Shown here: positions 21,765 through 32,390 of the stretch, piece by piece
Numbering within the stretch: the stretch's first letter is position 1
Layout of the letters: each line of letters starts with the position of its first letter
Source of the DNA: Candidatus Bathyarchaeota archaeon
GTDB lineage: Archaea > Thermoproteota > Bathyarchaeia > 40CM-2-53-6
Direction of reading: 5' to 3'
Length of the DNA stretch: 64,000 nucleotides
NCBI GenBank assembly: GCA_963835925.1
Contig: CAWIHH010000004.1
Location: 14,452 to 78,451, forward strand
Position numbers and translations under genes: made by a program
The notes under the pieces: generated by a model
What the model was told of the DNA's origin: nothing
Database searches by the model: none
Seen by the model: only the letters and a program-made list of their open reading frames with translations

Positions 21765-22550
21765 TTGTACGACAACGCCATAGTCACCGGTGGATTAGGA
21801 TTCATCGGTAGCAATTACATTCTTCACGCCATCAAGAGCCCGACACTCGGACGAATCACGGACATAGACTCCCTATCATACGGATCCAACCCAGAGAACT
21901 TGAGAGAAGTGGAGAACGCACCCACCTACCAGTTCGTAAAAGCGGATCTAGCCGATGCGCCAACCACGATGCGTGAAACGGCGAATGCAGATCTTGTAAT
22001 TCATTTCGCCGCGGAGAGCCACGTGGACAGGAGCATCTCCGACCCTACGAGATTCCTGCAAAGCAACGTAATTGGAACTTTCAACCTGTTAGAAGCAGCT
22101 AGGAATGGCAAAGTCCGCAAATTCATACACATCTCCACCGACGAAGTCTACGGCCCAGCTCCCCCGACCGAGACCTTTCAAGAGAACACACCGCTAAATC
22201 CTTCCAGCCCATACTCCGCATCAAAGGCCGCAGCCGAAATGCTCGCCCTCGCATATCACCGCACGTATGGTTTGCCGATTGTGATTTTGCGTTGCACCAA
22301 CAATTTCGGCCCCGTCATTCTAGGGAAAAGCTCCAACTTGATTGAACTGGTCGAAGACCGTCTTGGACACGACTTCAGATACAGCCTCAACTCAAGTCGC
22401 ATCAGGCAGGAGATGGGATGGAAACCGGAAAAAACCCTATCCACCGCATTAGACGAGACAGTAGAATGGTACGTTCAAAACGAGAAATGGTGGAAACCCC
22501 TCTTGAACGAGAAGACACTATCCCCCACTCCCTGGAAAGAGAAATGGTAA
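21765..22550 (+). pseudogene. rfbB: dTDP-glucose 4,6-dehydratase with an internal in-frame deletion
   Basis: Motifs TGGLGFIGSNY, STDEVYG and PYSASKAA (YxxxK). The sequence jumps from NNFGP directly to ILGKSSNLIELVEDRLGHDFRY. By my recollection of RfbB family length, about 70-85 residues are missing. Confidence 0.7.
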
Positions 22551-22551
22551 C

Positions 22552-23436
22552 TTGAAACTCCTGATAACCGGCGCGAGCGGCCTGTTAGGCAGCAAACTAG
22601 TTGAGCTGGCCCTCCAGGCTGGACATCACGTCACCTCACTCTACAACGAGCATCCCGCTAAAGGGAGTGAAGCAATACGCGTAGATCTCAGAGATGCCGA
22701 AGCGGTCAGGAAAATTTTAACCCGTCGTGCGCCCGACGCCGTCATCCATACAGCTTTCATCACCGACGTCGACTTTTGTCAGCGAAACCCGTCACTCGCG
22801 ATGTACATCAACGGAAAGGCGGCTGGAATTATCGCAGAAGTCTGCCGCGAACTCCGTAGCTTCCTAGTTTACGTTTCAACAGATTACGTCTTCAACGGCC
22901 AAACCGGACTCTATAGAGAAGAGGATAAACCAAATCCCATAAACGCCTATGGACAGTCGAAATTGCTTGGTGAACAACTAACTCGCGACTCAAGCTAGTG
23001 AATATTGCATAGCCAGAACGAGCGTTCTTTTTGGCTGGGGCGTGAATATCGCTCGAACTTTGCAACATGGCTTCTGGAACGACTCTCTGCAGGCAAAAGT
23101 GTGAACGTGATCAATGGACAGTACGCCTCTCCCACCCTGACTACGCATCTTGCGAGAATGTTGATTGAAGTGGCCGAAAGGCGGATCTCCGGGATGATGC
23201 ATCTTGCAGGAGCGGACAGGATCAATCGTTATGAGCTCGCAATTCGTTTCGCTCGAGAGTTCGAATTCAACACGACCGCAGTAATGCCAACTGGACCAGA
23301 CTCTGCGAACTGGTACGCTAGAAGACCAGAAGACTCATCGCTGAATGTTCAGAAGGCTACTCACATTTTGAACATGAAACCAATGAATTTGGACAGTGAG
23401 CTGAGAGAGTTCAAACTTGAGCTTCCGCACAAATAG
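22552..23436 (+). pseudogene. rfbD: dTDP-4-dehydrorhamnose reductase, two compensating frameshifts around 22990-23045
   Basis: Motifs LITGASGLLGSKL and YGQSKLLGE. There are tandem stops TAG TGA at 22996-23001. The expected EYCIARTSVLFGWG is readable only in another frame. Confidence 0.7.
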
Positions 23437-23453
23437 TGTGCTGCTCACCGCGC

Positions 23454-24024
23454 TCATTTGTAGACGAAGTTGTTTTCGACATCGTTCAGGAACGGTGCGT
23501 TCCTGTCCTTCATCGACAGTACTGGATTGCTAAAGGGCCACTTGATGCCGATCGTTGGATCGTTCCACCTGATGACTCTATCGTGAAACCGACTGTATTC
23601 CTGTGTCACCTTGTATGCGATCTCCGTTGTATCCGTGAGAGTCAAGAATCCATGAGCAAAGCCTGGTGGAATCCAAAGCATATGAGCGATCTCAGCTGAC
23701 AAATTGGCAGAGACCCACCTGCAGTACGTCGGCGATCCCTTGCGAATATCCACAGCCACATCAAAAGCCTCGCCAACCAGGCAGCGGACGAGCTTACCCT
23801 GCGCGACAGGGTTCGTTCTGAAAATGCAACCCTCGCAGTATCCCACCGCCAGTGGAAAATGAATGATTGTCCTGAGCGAATTCGAAAGGAATGCCGTGCT
23901 TTACGAATTCACTCCTTCTATACGTCTCAGCAAACCAGCCCCGTTCGTCAGCGAACGCTTTCGGTTCGATCAAAACGACTTCCGGCAGGTCATTGAAAGG
24001 TTTGAATTCGAACGCCATACTCAT
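23454..24024 (-). pseudogene. rfbC: dTDP-4-dehydrorhamnose 3,5-epimerase, frameshift near 23820
   Basis: GILRGLHFQ (N-part) and QGKLVRCLVGEAFDVAVDIR..WIPPGFAHGF (C-part) are in different frames. Confidence 0.75.
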
Positions 24025-24914
24025 TCACTCCAAGTCTGTTTCGGGAGGTTCATTGGCTACAGCTTCCAAGTAGGACCGGTATTCCCCGACGTATTTCTCA
24101 GCGAGCTTCCTAACTTGGGCAGCGTCGATGTAGCCCATTCTGTACGCGACTTCTTCAATGCAAGCCACTTTGAGCCCCTGCCGATGCTCAATCGTGGACA
24201 CGTATTGAGCTGTCTCAAGTAACGAGTCGGGCGTGCCCGTGTCAAGCCACGCGATGCCCCTGCCGAACTTGATCAGCCTCAATCGATCTCGGCGAAGATA
24301 CTCCAAGTTCACATCAGTAATTTCAAGCTGGCCTCGAGAGGACGGTTTGAGGCCCTTTGCGATTTCGATCGCGTCATTATCATACAGGTATAGGCCGGTA
24401 ATTGCGTAGTTGGACTTGGGCTGTTTTGGTTTTTCTTCGATTCCTATCAAAGCGCCGCTCTCGTCAAAAATGGCGACACCATACCTTTCAGGGTCCTTGA
24501 CCGAGTATGCGAAGAAGTTGCTCCCTTATTCTGAGCTACGGCTTCCTGCAACATTCCGGAGAGCCCATACCCATAGAATATGTTGTCACCCAGAATGAGG
24601 GCCACAGAGTCTCCCCCAAGGAAATCTTCACTTATAATGAGGGCCTGTGCAATCCCGCCCTCAGGGTTAGGCTGCTCAGCGTAGGAGATTGATAGGCCCA
24701 AGTTCCGAGCCGTCCCTCAACAGTCGACGGTATAGAGGCAAATCCTGAGGCGTACTGATCAGAAGGATGGTTCGAATCCCAGCAAGCATCAAAGTGCTCA
24801 GTGGATAGTAGACCATTGGCTTATCGTAGATTGGAAGAAGATGCTTACTAATGACGCTGAGTGAGCGGATAAAGCCGCGTCCCAAGCCCGCCCGCCAAAA
24901 GAACTCCCCTTCAT
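24025..24914 (-). pseudogene. rfbA: glucose-1-phosphate thymidylyltransferase, at least 4 frameshifts
   Basis: MKG.., [39 protein letters not shown] and EEKPKQPKSNYAITGLY are spread over three frames and three listed ORFs. Confidence 0.75.
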
Positions 24915-25148
24915 CACTCTCTCCCTCAGCAAACTCTCCCCGGACCAATTCGACCCTTTCTCGTAGATATAATGCTCGTCGAGTTCGGTGTAGAGAATCT
25001 TTAAACTGTTTCTAGGGCCGGCAGTCTCAACGACGCTTTCCCTCGTAAGCTCATGCTAGTTTCCTGTGTGACTCGACTCTTCCAAGACCGGTGACACCCA
25101 CCTTACCTGCCCGGGGTCGGAAGGAGAGGGTGCAGAGAAGATCAATCA

Positions 25149-25724
25149 GTGACTCTTGATACCATCTGGGCCGCCATTCCCGAAAGAAGATGGGAATTCG
25201 CTGAGGCTTTGAATAAAACCCTTGGAGTTGATGAGCAAACTTTCAGACGGGTCGTTAATTTCCTCGTCCGCTGGGATTTCATCGAGATTGAACAATCTCC
25301 CGAGCTACGGATCAGAAAGAAAGCTGGCGCACTATCGCCAATCGAAGTCGTGAACCTACTCAGCCTGGTAAACAGCGCCAAACCACGATCGAAACGGAAT
25401 AGGCGTACTCGATTAGCGGAACGTGTCGCATGCCGCGCCTGCGGCAGCCTAAACCTCACCCATCTCGCCGAGAACGAAGTTGAATGCGCAAAATGCCACG
25501 AAAGACAATGGTTCACCATCGAGAAGCCTCAGAAAGATTCTGAATCAGTCAGAAACTCTTTCGAAGCGTCCCCAACCTGCTTGAGCGGTCACAAGGAGGA
25601 CATTCCGACGCCAAAACAGTTCGATTGGTTCAAGAAGTTTCTACTAGTCCTTCATGAACTTCGATCACCCAGTACGCTGAAGCTGAAACTGAAAGGATAC
25701 CCGGTACAACTGCTCCAACCTTGA
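25149..25724 (+). CDS. hypothetical wHTH-like plus zinc-ribbon protein with a PIN-gene-derived tail
   Basis: CRACGS..17..CAKCH forms a four-Cys ribbon. The last residues, LKLKLKGYPVQLLQP, match the C-terminus of the VapC at 34247-34675. Confidence 0.4.
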   Translation: MTLDTIWAAIPERRWEFAEALNKTLGVDEQTFRRVVNFLVRWDFIEIEQSPELRIRKKAGALSPIEVVNLLSLVNSAKPRSKRNRRTRLAERVACRACGSLNLTHLAENEVECAKCHERQWFTIEKPQKDSESVRNSFEASPTCLSGHKEDIPTPKQFDWFKKFLLVLHELRSPSTLKLKLKGYPVQLLQP

Positions 25725-25753
25725 CTCCGGGTTGAAAGCGTAAGATTTCACTT

Positions 25754-26699
25754 TTAGATGAACCGATTCCACAAATCCATCAGATCTCTTTGGAGATCTG
25801 TCTTCGACTCGTATTGAAGTTGAGTCTTGGCTTTTCGAATGTCGCCGACACTCCTCCTAATCTCGCCCTTACGTTCCGGAGCGTGCTGTGGAGTGATGGA
25901 TGGTTGACCGCTGATGTCGATTAATTGTCGTGCGAGGTCCGCTATTGTGGTCTCCCTCCCGGTTCCAATGTTGTAAACCCCCCCATTGCGCTCCGAGTCC
26001 AAGGCGAGAACATTTGCCGAGGCCACATCGGATACGTGTACAAAGTCTCTTGTTTGAAGTCCGTCACCGAAAATGATAGGCGGCTCCGCTTGTTTCAGTT
26101 TCTTCATGAACCGCTGATGGCGCCGCTATATTGACGCGCGGATTGTCCGGGCCGAAGACGTTGAAGTATCGCAGGCAGATTGTTCTCAAACCGTGCGTTC
26201 GCCAATGTTCGACGCACGCCCGTTCCCCCGCCAGCTTGCTGGCACCGTAAGGATTCAAGGGAGCCGGCTCGCACTCCTCATCGGTTGGCACCCTTGCCGG
26301 GTCACCGTAGATCGCTGCCGATGAAGCGTAGACGAAGCGACTAAGGTCGTGCTTTCGTGCTTCCTCAAGGAGGGTAATTGTTCCCTGATGGTTCACGTGA
26401 TCCGCCAGCTGAGGATCACGGAGACACATCTCATGATCCAACAACGCAGCCAGATGCACAACCGCATCAACCTTCCCCATCAGCTCCTTCAGCAGCGAGC
26501 GGCCTCCTATGTCGCCCTGCACGAATTTCAGCGAACCATCCTTAATGTGCGGAGTGAGGTTAGCTAAGGAGCCGGTTGAGAGATTATCGAGCACCCAAAC
26601 CTGTCGGCCTTCTGCTATGAGCCGGTCTATGGTGTGGCTTCCAATGAAACCCGCCGCGCCGGTAACAAGGATGCGGTAATTCTTGAGCTTCATGGACAC
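25754..26699 (-). CDS. NAD-dependent epimerase (UDP-glucose 4-epimerase-like), frameshift near 26095
   Basis: Motifs VTGAAGFIGSH and YGASKLAGE (YxxxK). The C-terminal third is in the overlapping ORF 25754-26107. Confidence 0.7.
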
Positions 26700-26868
26700 A
26701 GCCCCATGAAATGGTTACTGCGATTCGTGTATGTCCAATTGCACTTTAGCCTTGTGAAAGTCGTCTCCGTTCAGAGACCATGCCAGAGACTACATCATAG
26801 GCTCTTTGTACCATAATTGATTCAAATGATGGCCGGAGAGTATTCACTTATTCAAACGAAGTCGCTTG

Positions 26869-27540
26869 CTAGTTTGCAAGCCTAACCACTCCGGGCATAA
26901 ACGATTGCAGCATAGCTTTCGACTTTTCATAGGCCTGCTCATTTCCCGCCACCAACACCAAGCCTGGTTGACCCGTCTTCAGCCAGATTGTGAGATTTCC
27001 CTGGCTGGCCAGTCCGGTTTCTTGAGCGCAATGTAGTCGATGTTCTGTTTGTAGGCTTCGAAGTCTTTTTCTCTTCCAAATCACCTAGCAATGGCTTGCT
27101 TTGGTCGCTCGACATTTTTCGTCCTAGACCTGGCTTCCCACTTGGGCTCCGATTCGGCCGCCTATCAGCCCACCTATAACCGCTCCGGCGACTGTCCCCG
27201 CGGTGGCTTGGGTAAGCATTCCCTTCTGGATGCCGATAATTCTTCTGTCGGTGACGTATATCCCGTAGCCCAGAGTCTTTGAACCTGACTTGACCATATC
27301 TGTGCTCGGGAATCCGTCGACTACGAGTTCCTGGTCGGCAACGTCGGGTCTGTTTGCTGAGAACGATAGTGGAGGGATTGGGGACGGAATTGAGGGTACA
27401 CTTACGTTGGAGTTCGTAGGTGTGCCGCAGTTGGCGCAGAACTTTGCCGGCTATCAATTCGCACACCACATTCCCCACAGAAGCCTCCAGAACCCGTGGG
27501 GACCGGAGTTTGTGTGAGTTTCTTTTTGCTCCAGTTTGTT
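26869..27540 (-). pseudogene. double zinc-ribbon / Gly-zipper protein, several frameshifts
   Basis: Manual minus-strand translation gives FCGECGVRI..FCANCGT, then MVKSGSKTLGYGIYVTDRRIIGIQKG..GGLIGGRIGAQVG, then ..DFEAYKQNIDYIALKKP..SFMPGVVRLAN. These pieces lie in three frames. Confidence 0.35.
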
Positions 27541-28428
27541 CTTGCTTGTTTTCATTTCTGTTCTTGTATGGGTTTGTGGTTTCGGTTGATCTAACGCTCC
27601 GAGCCCTGTTGAACTCGCTGCGGCTTCTGAGGTTTCGAACTGTACGCTCTCGAGCAGCCTTTGTCCAGAATAGATTTGAACTTTCCAACGGCCGAATTTT
27701 CGTGCCATGCTTGTGTCGCGGATCTTGTGAGAGGTACTTACGTAATTGACTGGCCCAGGTAACGTGACGTTCAACATCTTCCTCGAATACAATGTGCCGT
27801 CGGGACTGTACCAGGAAAAGCTGACTTCAGCATTATCTGGAATCAACTTCTTGACATTGGCCCAGACGACAACTTGGTCATCCGGTTCGGTGAAGTGTGA
27901 TTTTGAAGTTCCAGGTTCCACAGTCTCATTCGCAAGTTGAATCATCTTGTCGGATACGCCGGGCTTGATTAGCTGGAGCGGATCGGTCTCGGGTCTGGTG
28001 GCCGTGACGAGGCTACCACACTTTCCGCAAAGGCGTTGACCTGGAGCTAGTTCAGCTCCGCAGCTAGAACAATTCGAACCCGAACCCTTCATCGGTTTCG
28101 ATGACAGGCCCAGGTCATCGGAGTATTGGCAAGTTGAAAAACGATCGAGAAGCATACGAAACCAGTCCTCGTCGAGTAGCTTTCCAGCCTCAGTGCCTCT
28201 CCCAACTTGCCATCGCATTAGGCCTAAAATACAGAGGACCGGCAGGAAGACTGGCAAGTATTGAAGCGTACTCAGGATTTGACTAGGGGCAATAATTGCG
28301 ACAATGACTATGACCGCGACCATTAATCCAATTGTTAGGTAGAGAGATTTCTCAATCTTCTTCCCACTATAGTCTTTCACAAGTCTTCTCCTAGTTATAT
28401 TTGAGCAGACGTGTCTCGTTGATTCCAA
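27454..28428 (-). CDS. membrane protein with internal zinc ribbon and extracytoplasmic domain
   Basis: Two N-terminal TM segments and CSSCGAELAPGQRLCGKCGS. The 3' end is uncertain (possible frameshift into the next gene). Confidence 0.45.
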   Translation of the reverse strand: MESTRHVCSNITRRRLVKDYSGKKIEKSLYLTIGLMVAVIVIVAIIAPSQILSTLQYLPVFLPVLCILGLMRWQVGRGTEAGKLLDEDWFRMLLDRFSTCQYSDDLGLSSKPMKGSGSNCSSCGAELAPGQRLCGKCGSLVTATRPETDPLQLIKPGVSDKMIQLANETVEPGTSKSHFTEPDDQVVVWANVKKLIPDNAEVSFSWYSPDGTLYSRKMLNVTLPGPVNYVSTSHKIRDTSMARKFGRWKVQIYSGQRLLESVQFETSEAAASSTGLGALDQPKPQTHTRTEMKTSKNKLEQKETHTNSGPHGFWRLLWGMWCAN

Positions 28429-28844
28429 AGCTTGTTCGGCATCAATTCATCCAAGTGCTCGCACCCGCACATCGACACTTACAATACGGCGAATATGCTA
28501 GGGTTAAGAGTTGTCCGTGAGAACGAAGACAAAACTAAATCACCCTCTGAGACTCTCGTTGTAGATCCAGGAGTCTCAGGAAGCAGAGCGAATGTCTGCG
28601 GAAGTTTAACGCAAGAATAGGCAAAATATCGGTTGCCAAGACTGTGTGATGCACGTTGGTCCGGCATCTGGTCGGCAGAGAGAGTAATAGTCGATAGTCA
28701 AATAACCCCAACTGTTCCTCTAGAACTCTCGACCAGTTAGGCGTGATAATTGGCTGAGGAAGGCTGCTGCCACGACTACGACGCCGCTTGGAAGTGCAAA
28801 CGATGTAAGTACCAACTCCCACCCGAGCTTGTGAAGCGAATCAA

Positions 28845-28884
28845 CACACAATTGAGCCGACGACACGGTGCCACCAATTTGAAT
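28845..28884 (+). repeat. degenerate copy of the intergenic repeat family
   Basis: caacacacaattgagccgacgacacggtgccaccaatttgaat has only the GGTGC..CACC and AATTTGAA parts. Confidence 0.35.
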
Positions 28885-28980
28885 TAAGGTCGTGGGGATG
28901 TGGGGCCAATCACGTTGTTCGGCACAGCTAAACCTTGGCCAGACAGCCGGTGAAAAGTGTGAGTTATAAGTAAGTGTGAC

Positions 28981-29196
28981 TTGCTTATTGTTGCTAATAG
29001 GCGAGTCATCGTGACGACTACGATCCCTTTGGAAAAGGAAACGAGAGAACGTTTGCGATCTTTTGGGAGAAAAGGGGAAACCTATGATCAGCTTCTAAGG
29101 CGCTTGATGTCTCTCGTGGAGTATGAGCAATTCATGAACAGGCAGTATGAGAGATTGAAGGACAAAGGCGCTTTCGTTTCCTTGGACGAGATCTAA
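28981..29196 (+). CDS. antitoxin (RelB/RHH-like)
   Basis: Approx. 60-70 aa ORF (IPLEKETRERLRSFGRKGETYDQLLRRL). Its stop overlaps the start of the RelE-like gene (TAATG). Confidence 0.6.
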   Translation: MLIVANRRVIVTTTIPLEKETRERLRSFGRKGETYDQLLRRLMSLVEYEQFMNRQYERLKDKGAFVSLDEI

Positions 29197-29474
29197 TGCC
29201 TTACGAAGTGAGATTACACAGAGAAGTCGTCAAAGCTCTTAACGGAATGGATCCCCAGCTTCGGTCTAAGATTATCGGAGCACTGATCGCCCTCCGAACT
29301 GACCCTTTTCAGTCCCGCTCTGGGGCAGATATTGTCAGATTAACCGGTACGAAAGGAAAGCAGGGCCTCTTTCGTTTGAGAGTTGGTGAATACCGTGCAA
29401 TATACGCGGTCGAAAACACTGTAGTGTACGTTACCGACCTATTTTACAGAGGAAAGGGCTACCAACAACATTAG
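29196..29474 (+). CDS. relE: RelE/ParE-family toxin
   Basis: 92 aa. The segment ...LFRLRVGEYRAIYAVENTVVYVTDLFYRGKGY is typical of the RelE-fold C-terminus. Confidence 0.7.
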   Translation: MPYEVRLHREVVKALNGMDPQLRSKIIGALIALRTDPFQSRSGADIVRLTGTKGKQGLFRLRVGEYRAIYAVENTVVYVTDLFYRGKGYQQH

Positions 29475-29579
29475 CGGAGGTCCTATTTCCTTGAACCGCG
29501 CTCCAATCAATTTTTTCTTGACAACTAAACCTACACGCCGTTTCCCGCTTATTCGAGGGGAAGGGCCACGCCCCAAACT

Positions 29580-29846
29580 GTGGTCGACCAGCGTGGAAGA
29601 GTGCTCATCCCCGAAGATATCGGAGAAGGCACTGGGCTGGATGTAGGAACCGTCGTTAAAGTGGAGACAAAAAGCGAGGGAATATTGATCAAACCCGTTC
29701 GCAAAGGTAAACGAACCTGGAAGCAGCTTTGCGGAATAGTTCAAAAGAGAACAGGTAAACCAGAATGGCCTACGCCCGAAGAGATCAAAAAACATCTGGC
29801 CATAGACTCAAACGTCCTCATCGCATACCTGGATATAGTGTTGTGA
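29580..29846 (+). pseudogene. AbrB/SpoVT-type VapB antitoxin fused to the first approx. 15 codons of a truncated PIN gene
   Basis: VDQRGRVLIPEDIGEGTGLDVGTVVKVE is an AbrB loop-hinge motif. The ORF ends AIDSNVLIAYLDIVL*, a PIN N-terminal acidic motif followed by a stop. Confidence 0.6.
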
Positions 29847-29886
29847 TTAGATGAACAAAAGTTGGCCACGCATGCGTGGTGCGCCC

Positions 29887-30165
29887 TCAGATGCGGCGCT
29901 CATCCTCCTTTCCAAGTCGCCAGAAGAAGAAACCGAAGGCGGAGATGACGAAAGCGATCATGCCAACTTCGTCGACGCGCCAGTTGAACGGCGGAAAATC
30001 CACGTGGGAGAAGGAGCCGTAGAGCCACTCGGGGTGAATCATATTTACGGCCACAACGTAAAGCCAAACCAACAACGCGAACACGAACACTGTTAACGAC
30101 AAAGCTCGGCAAGCACTTGAATATCGGCGGATCCTTCGCGAATCTCGTACCCTTTCAGGTGTCAA
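29887..30165 (-). CDS. small hypothetical membrane protein (2 TM)
   Basis: 92-aa ORF with two hydrophobic segments. No recognisable family. Confidence 0.3.
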   Translation of the reverse strand: MTPERVRDSRRIRRYSSACRALSLTVFVFALLVWLYVVAVNMIHPEWLYGSFSHVDFPPFNWRVDEVGMIAFVISAFGFFFWRLGKEDERRI

Positions 30166-30406
30166 CGAGCCGGAAACCTCTAAGGTGATGAGAACAGTTT
30201 ACAGCTTAAACGTACCTCAACATGCTGGGTTCGGCTAACTTTTTAGAGCCAACCGTTCCGTCGTTTTGATCTAACATCATATTCGATCCTACAAGCCTTC
30301 TCCGGCTTCTGGCCAACTAGTTTTCCAAAGCATCTAATACTACTAAACGTGGACGAACCCCGAAAACCCAGCATAACCTGCGGGCACTATCCATGAGGCA
30401 TGCAGC

Positions 30407-31107
30407 ATGGCATCGGATGAGCTTACTGAAATCGCTGGCACGGCTGCACGCGGAGGGCTGTTCCTCTTCGCCGGAAACACTGCGTCAACGGCGATCTTGG
30501 CTATTGGTGTAATCGTTGTTGCACGTCTTCTAGGCCCACTCAACTACGGCCTCTACACGCTAACCGTCACCATTCCAGTGCTCCTTGTGGCTCTGGGGGA
30601 TCTTGGCATGAACTACGCACTGGTCAGATTACCCGCAAGGCTCAGAGCCCAGGGCGAGCAGGTGCGAGCAAATAGGCTCATACGGTTAGTTTTCACTCTC
30701 AAACTCGCAATCAGAGAGACGCCTCCGTCCTCTGCTATGCCAACTCAACCCTGATCGCAACCGTTGCGTTGAATAGGCCGCAGCTCGCGCCGTTCATACA
30801 ACTCGCTTCGCTGATGATAATCTTCCAATCCCTCGACGACGCCACCACCAATATATTCATCGGACAAGATCAGATGCACTACAGTGCTTCTGTGCAGACC
30901 ATGCAGGCAACCCTCAAAGCTACGCTCGCACCCTTACTCGTCTTTCTCGGTCTGGGTATTACTGGCGCGATCTGGGGGTCCGTGTTAGCTTCGGCAGCCG
31001 CCGGGCTGACAGGTGCAACGCTCCTCTTCACAAGACACGCACCCTATCCAAGTCACGCAATTGATCAGTCAGCAATGGAGTTGAAGAGACCGCGCAACCG
31101 CACTTAG
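30407..31107 (+). pseudogene. truncated, frameshifted paralog of the MOP/Wzx flippase
   Basis: MASDELTEIAGTAARGGLFLFAGNTASTAILAIG... aligns residue for residue with the N-terminus of the 21448 flippase. There is a frameshift near 30760, and the copy ends after about 230 residues at the vapBC cassette. Confidence 0.75.
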
Positions 31108-31155
31108 AATACGATGAGCCTGAGGTGTGTTGCCCGCTTGACTAAGAGTAGCAAG

Positions 31156-31575
31156 CTATTCACAGATTCGCTGGATGTCATCGAACTGGTCGAAGTGGCG
31201 GTCGAAACTGTATACTTCTTTTGCATCCGTGGCCTTCATCAGCACATATGCGAGGGCGTCGTTCAATCCAACATTTGCTTCGGAGGCCACTTCAATGGCG
31301 TCCAAGTAGTTGCCTTTCGTGGGTTCGAGGATCACTATTGTGGTTGTGTACAGTATGTCTCTCATAATCCTGTGGCTCTCATTGACTGGCATAACTGCTT
31401 CCAGAATGTTTGCAACCTCGGAAAGATGGATAAGGCTGGAGTAGACCTTTTCATCGGTGTTTATTCTCCTCAAGATGGCTCTTGCTGCTTTCTTCATTTC
31501 AGCAATCTCGTTGGAGACAGCTCTCTTCGGTCGCAGGTATGCGTACAAGAATACTGATGCGTCCACAAACCTCAT
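31156..31575 (-). CDS. vapC: PIN-domain toxin VapC
   Basis: 139 aa. It has the N-terminal FVDASVF acidic motif and the C-terminal VYSFDRHF motif, and overlaps the upstream antitoxin by 4 nt. Confidence 0.8.
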   Translation of the reverse strand: MRFVDASVFLYAYLRPKRAVSNEIAEMKKAARAILRRINTDEKVYSSLIHLSEVANILEAVMPVNESHRIMRDILYTTTIVILEPTKGNYLDAIEVASEANVGLNDALAYVLMKATDAKEVYSFDRHFDQFDDIQRICE

Positions 31576-31829
31576 TGCCGGCGTCGTCCTAGAATCGTTC
31601 TCTTCAGCCTTGAATAGTCACCAAGCAGCCTAGGATCCACATCAACCTCCACCGCGTCAAAATGTTTAGTCAAATCAGACCTACCATTAGGCTTCACTAG
31701 CAATAGTTCTCCCTTTTCGACTACGACAACTTCATGCAATCCTCGGAGCTCGTTCGCCCTCCACCCGGCCGGGAGGGATATTCGCCCCTGCCGATCAACC
31801 TTCTTTATTTGCGCCAAGGCTTCTACCAT
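31572..31829 (-). CDS. vapB: AbrB/SpoVT-type antitoxin VapB
   Basis: 85 aa. VDRQGRISLPAGWR is an AbrB-type motif. Confidence 0.75.
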   Translation of the reverse strand: MVEALAQIKKVDRQGRISLPAGWRANELRGLHEVVVVEKGELLLVKPNGRSDLTKHFDAVEVDVDPRLLGDYSRLKRTILGRRRQ

Positions 31830-32038
31830 TAATCATGTCTTTCCCCACCCATTTAAGTGATTCCCCATCTGGGTCACTATTCCCCATCTTCACCTCCAGC
31901 GTCTTCTTGACAGTTTTCCCCGCCCTGCGCGATGCGGACAGATTCAATGGTTGCGAGCCTTTGAGCGAGTTGTCTTGAGGGGGATGCTCCTGCCTGATCT
32001 GTGCTCCTGCAGCACTTCAAGCAGGGGTCTGGAACCTT

Positions 32039-32338
32039 TCAAGGCACAATCATTTTCGACAAATCTATGCCCAGCATGGGGAAGAAGGCGCAAGTTCCCG
32101 GAAGCTGGAGGTATTTGCTTGTGGTGGTCTTCGTGTATTTTGCGGATGTGCGTGCTAGTCTCGCGTCTTCTGTGATTAGGGTGAGCTTTTGGTTTGTAGC
32201 TACGTGGATGTAGCTGGCGTCGTAGAAGGTGGTCTTCTCTTTTGCGGCGATCTTTGCCACCTCAGCTAAGTTTTGGGCTTCGACCGTTAGAATCTTGGAG
32301 TGGCGGGTACGCTCGTTGGTGGTCGGAAGAAACCGCAA
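32039..32338 (-). pseudogene. PIN-domain (VapC) C-terminal fragment
   Basis: Only FYDASYIHVATNQKLTLITEDARLA (the C-terminal half of a PIN domain) is recognisable. There is no N-terminal acidic motif and no partner antitoxin. Confidence 0.5.
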
Positions 32339-32390
32339 ACTTCCGTGCGCGCATCTAATGTAAACATTAAACTATTAGTTAATTGGCTGT

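Noticed and set aside
26939-27688. A 249-aa minus-strand ORF that is very Arg/Ser/Thr-rich and of low complexity.
   Set aside because: It overlaps, out of frame, the recognisable zinc-ribbon/Gly-zipper coding segments on the same strand. The composition looks like an off-frame artefact.
28430-28980. A tRNA or other structured RNA gene in the 550-bp gap left of the TA island, and in the other long intergenic gaps.
   Set aside because: I could not find cloverleaf-compatible arms or T-loop/anticodon-arm patterns. Only a 7-bp hairpin (gagactc..gagtctc), a possible approx. 41-aa Cys-containing ORF and a weak repeat relative were seen. That is insufficient to call a feature.
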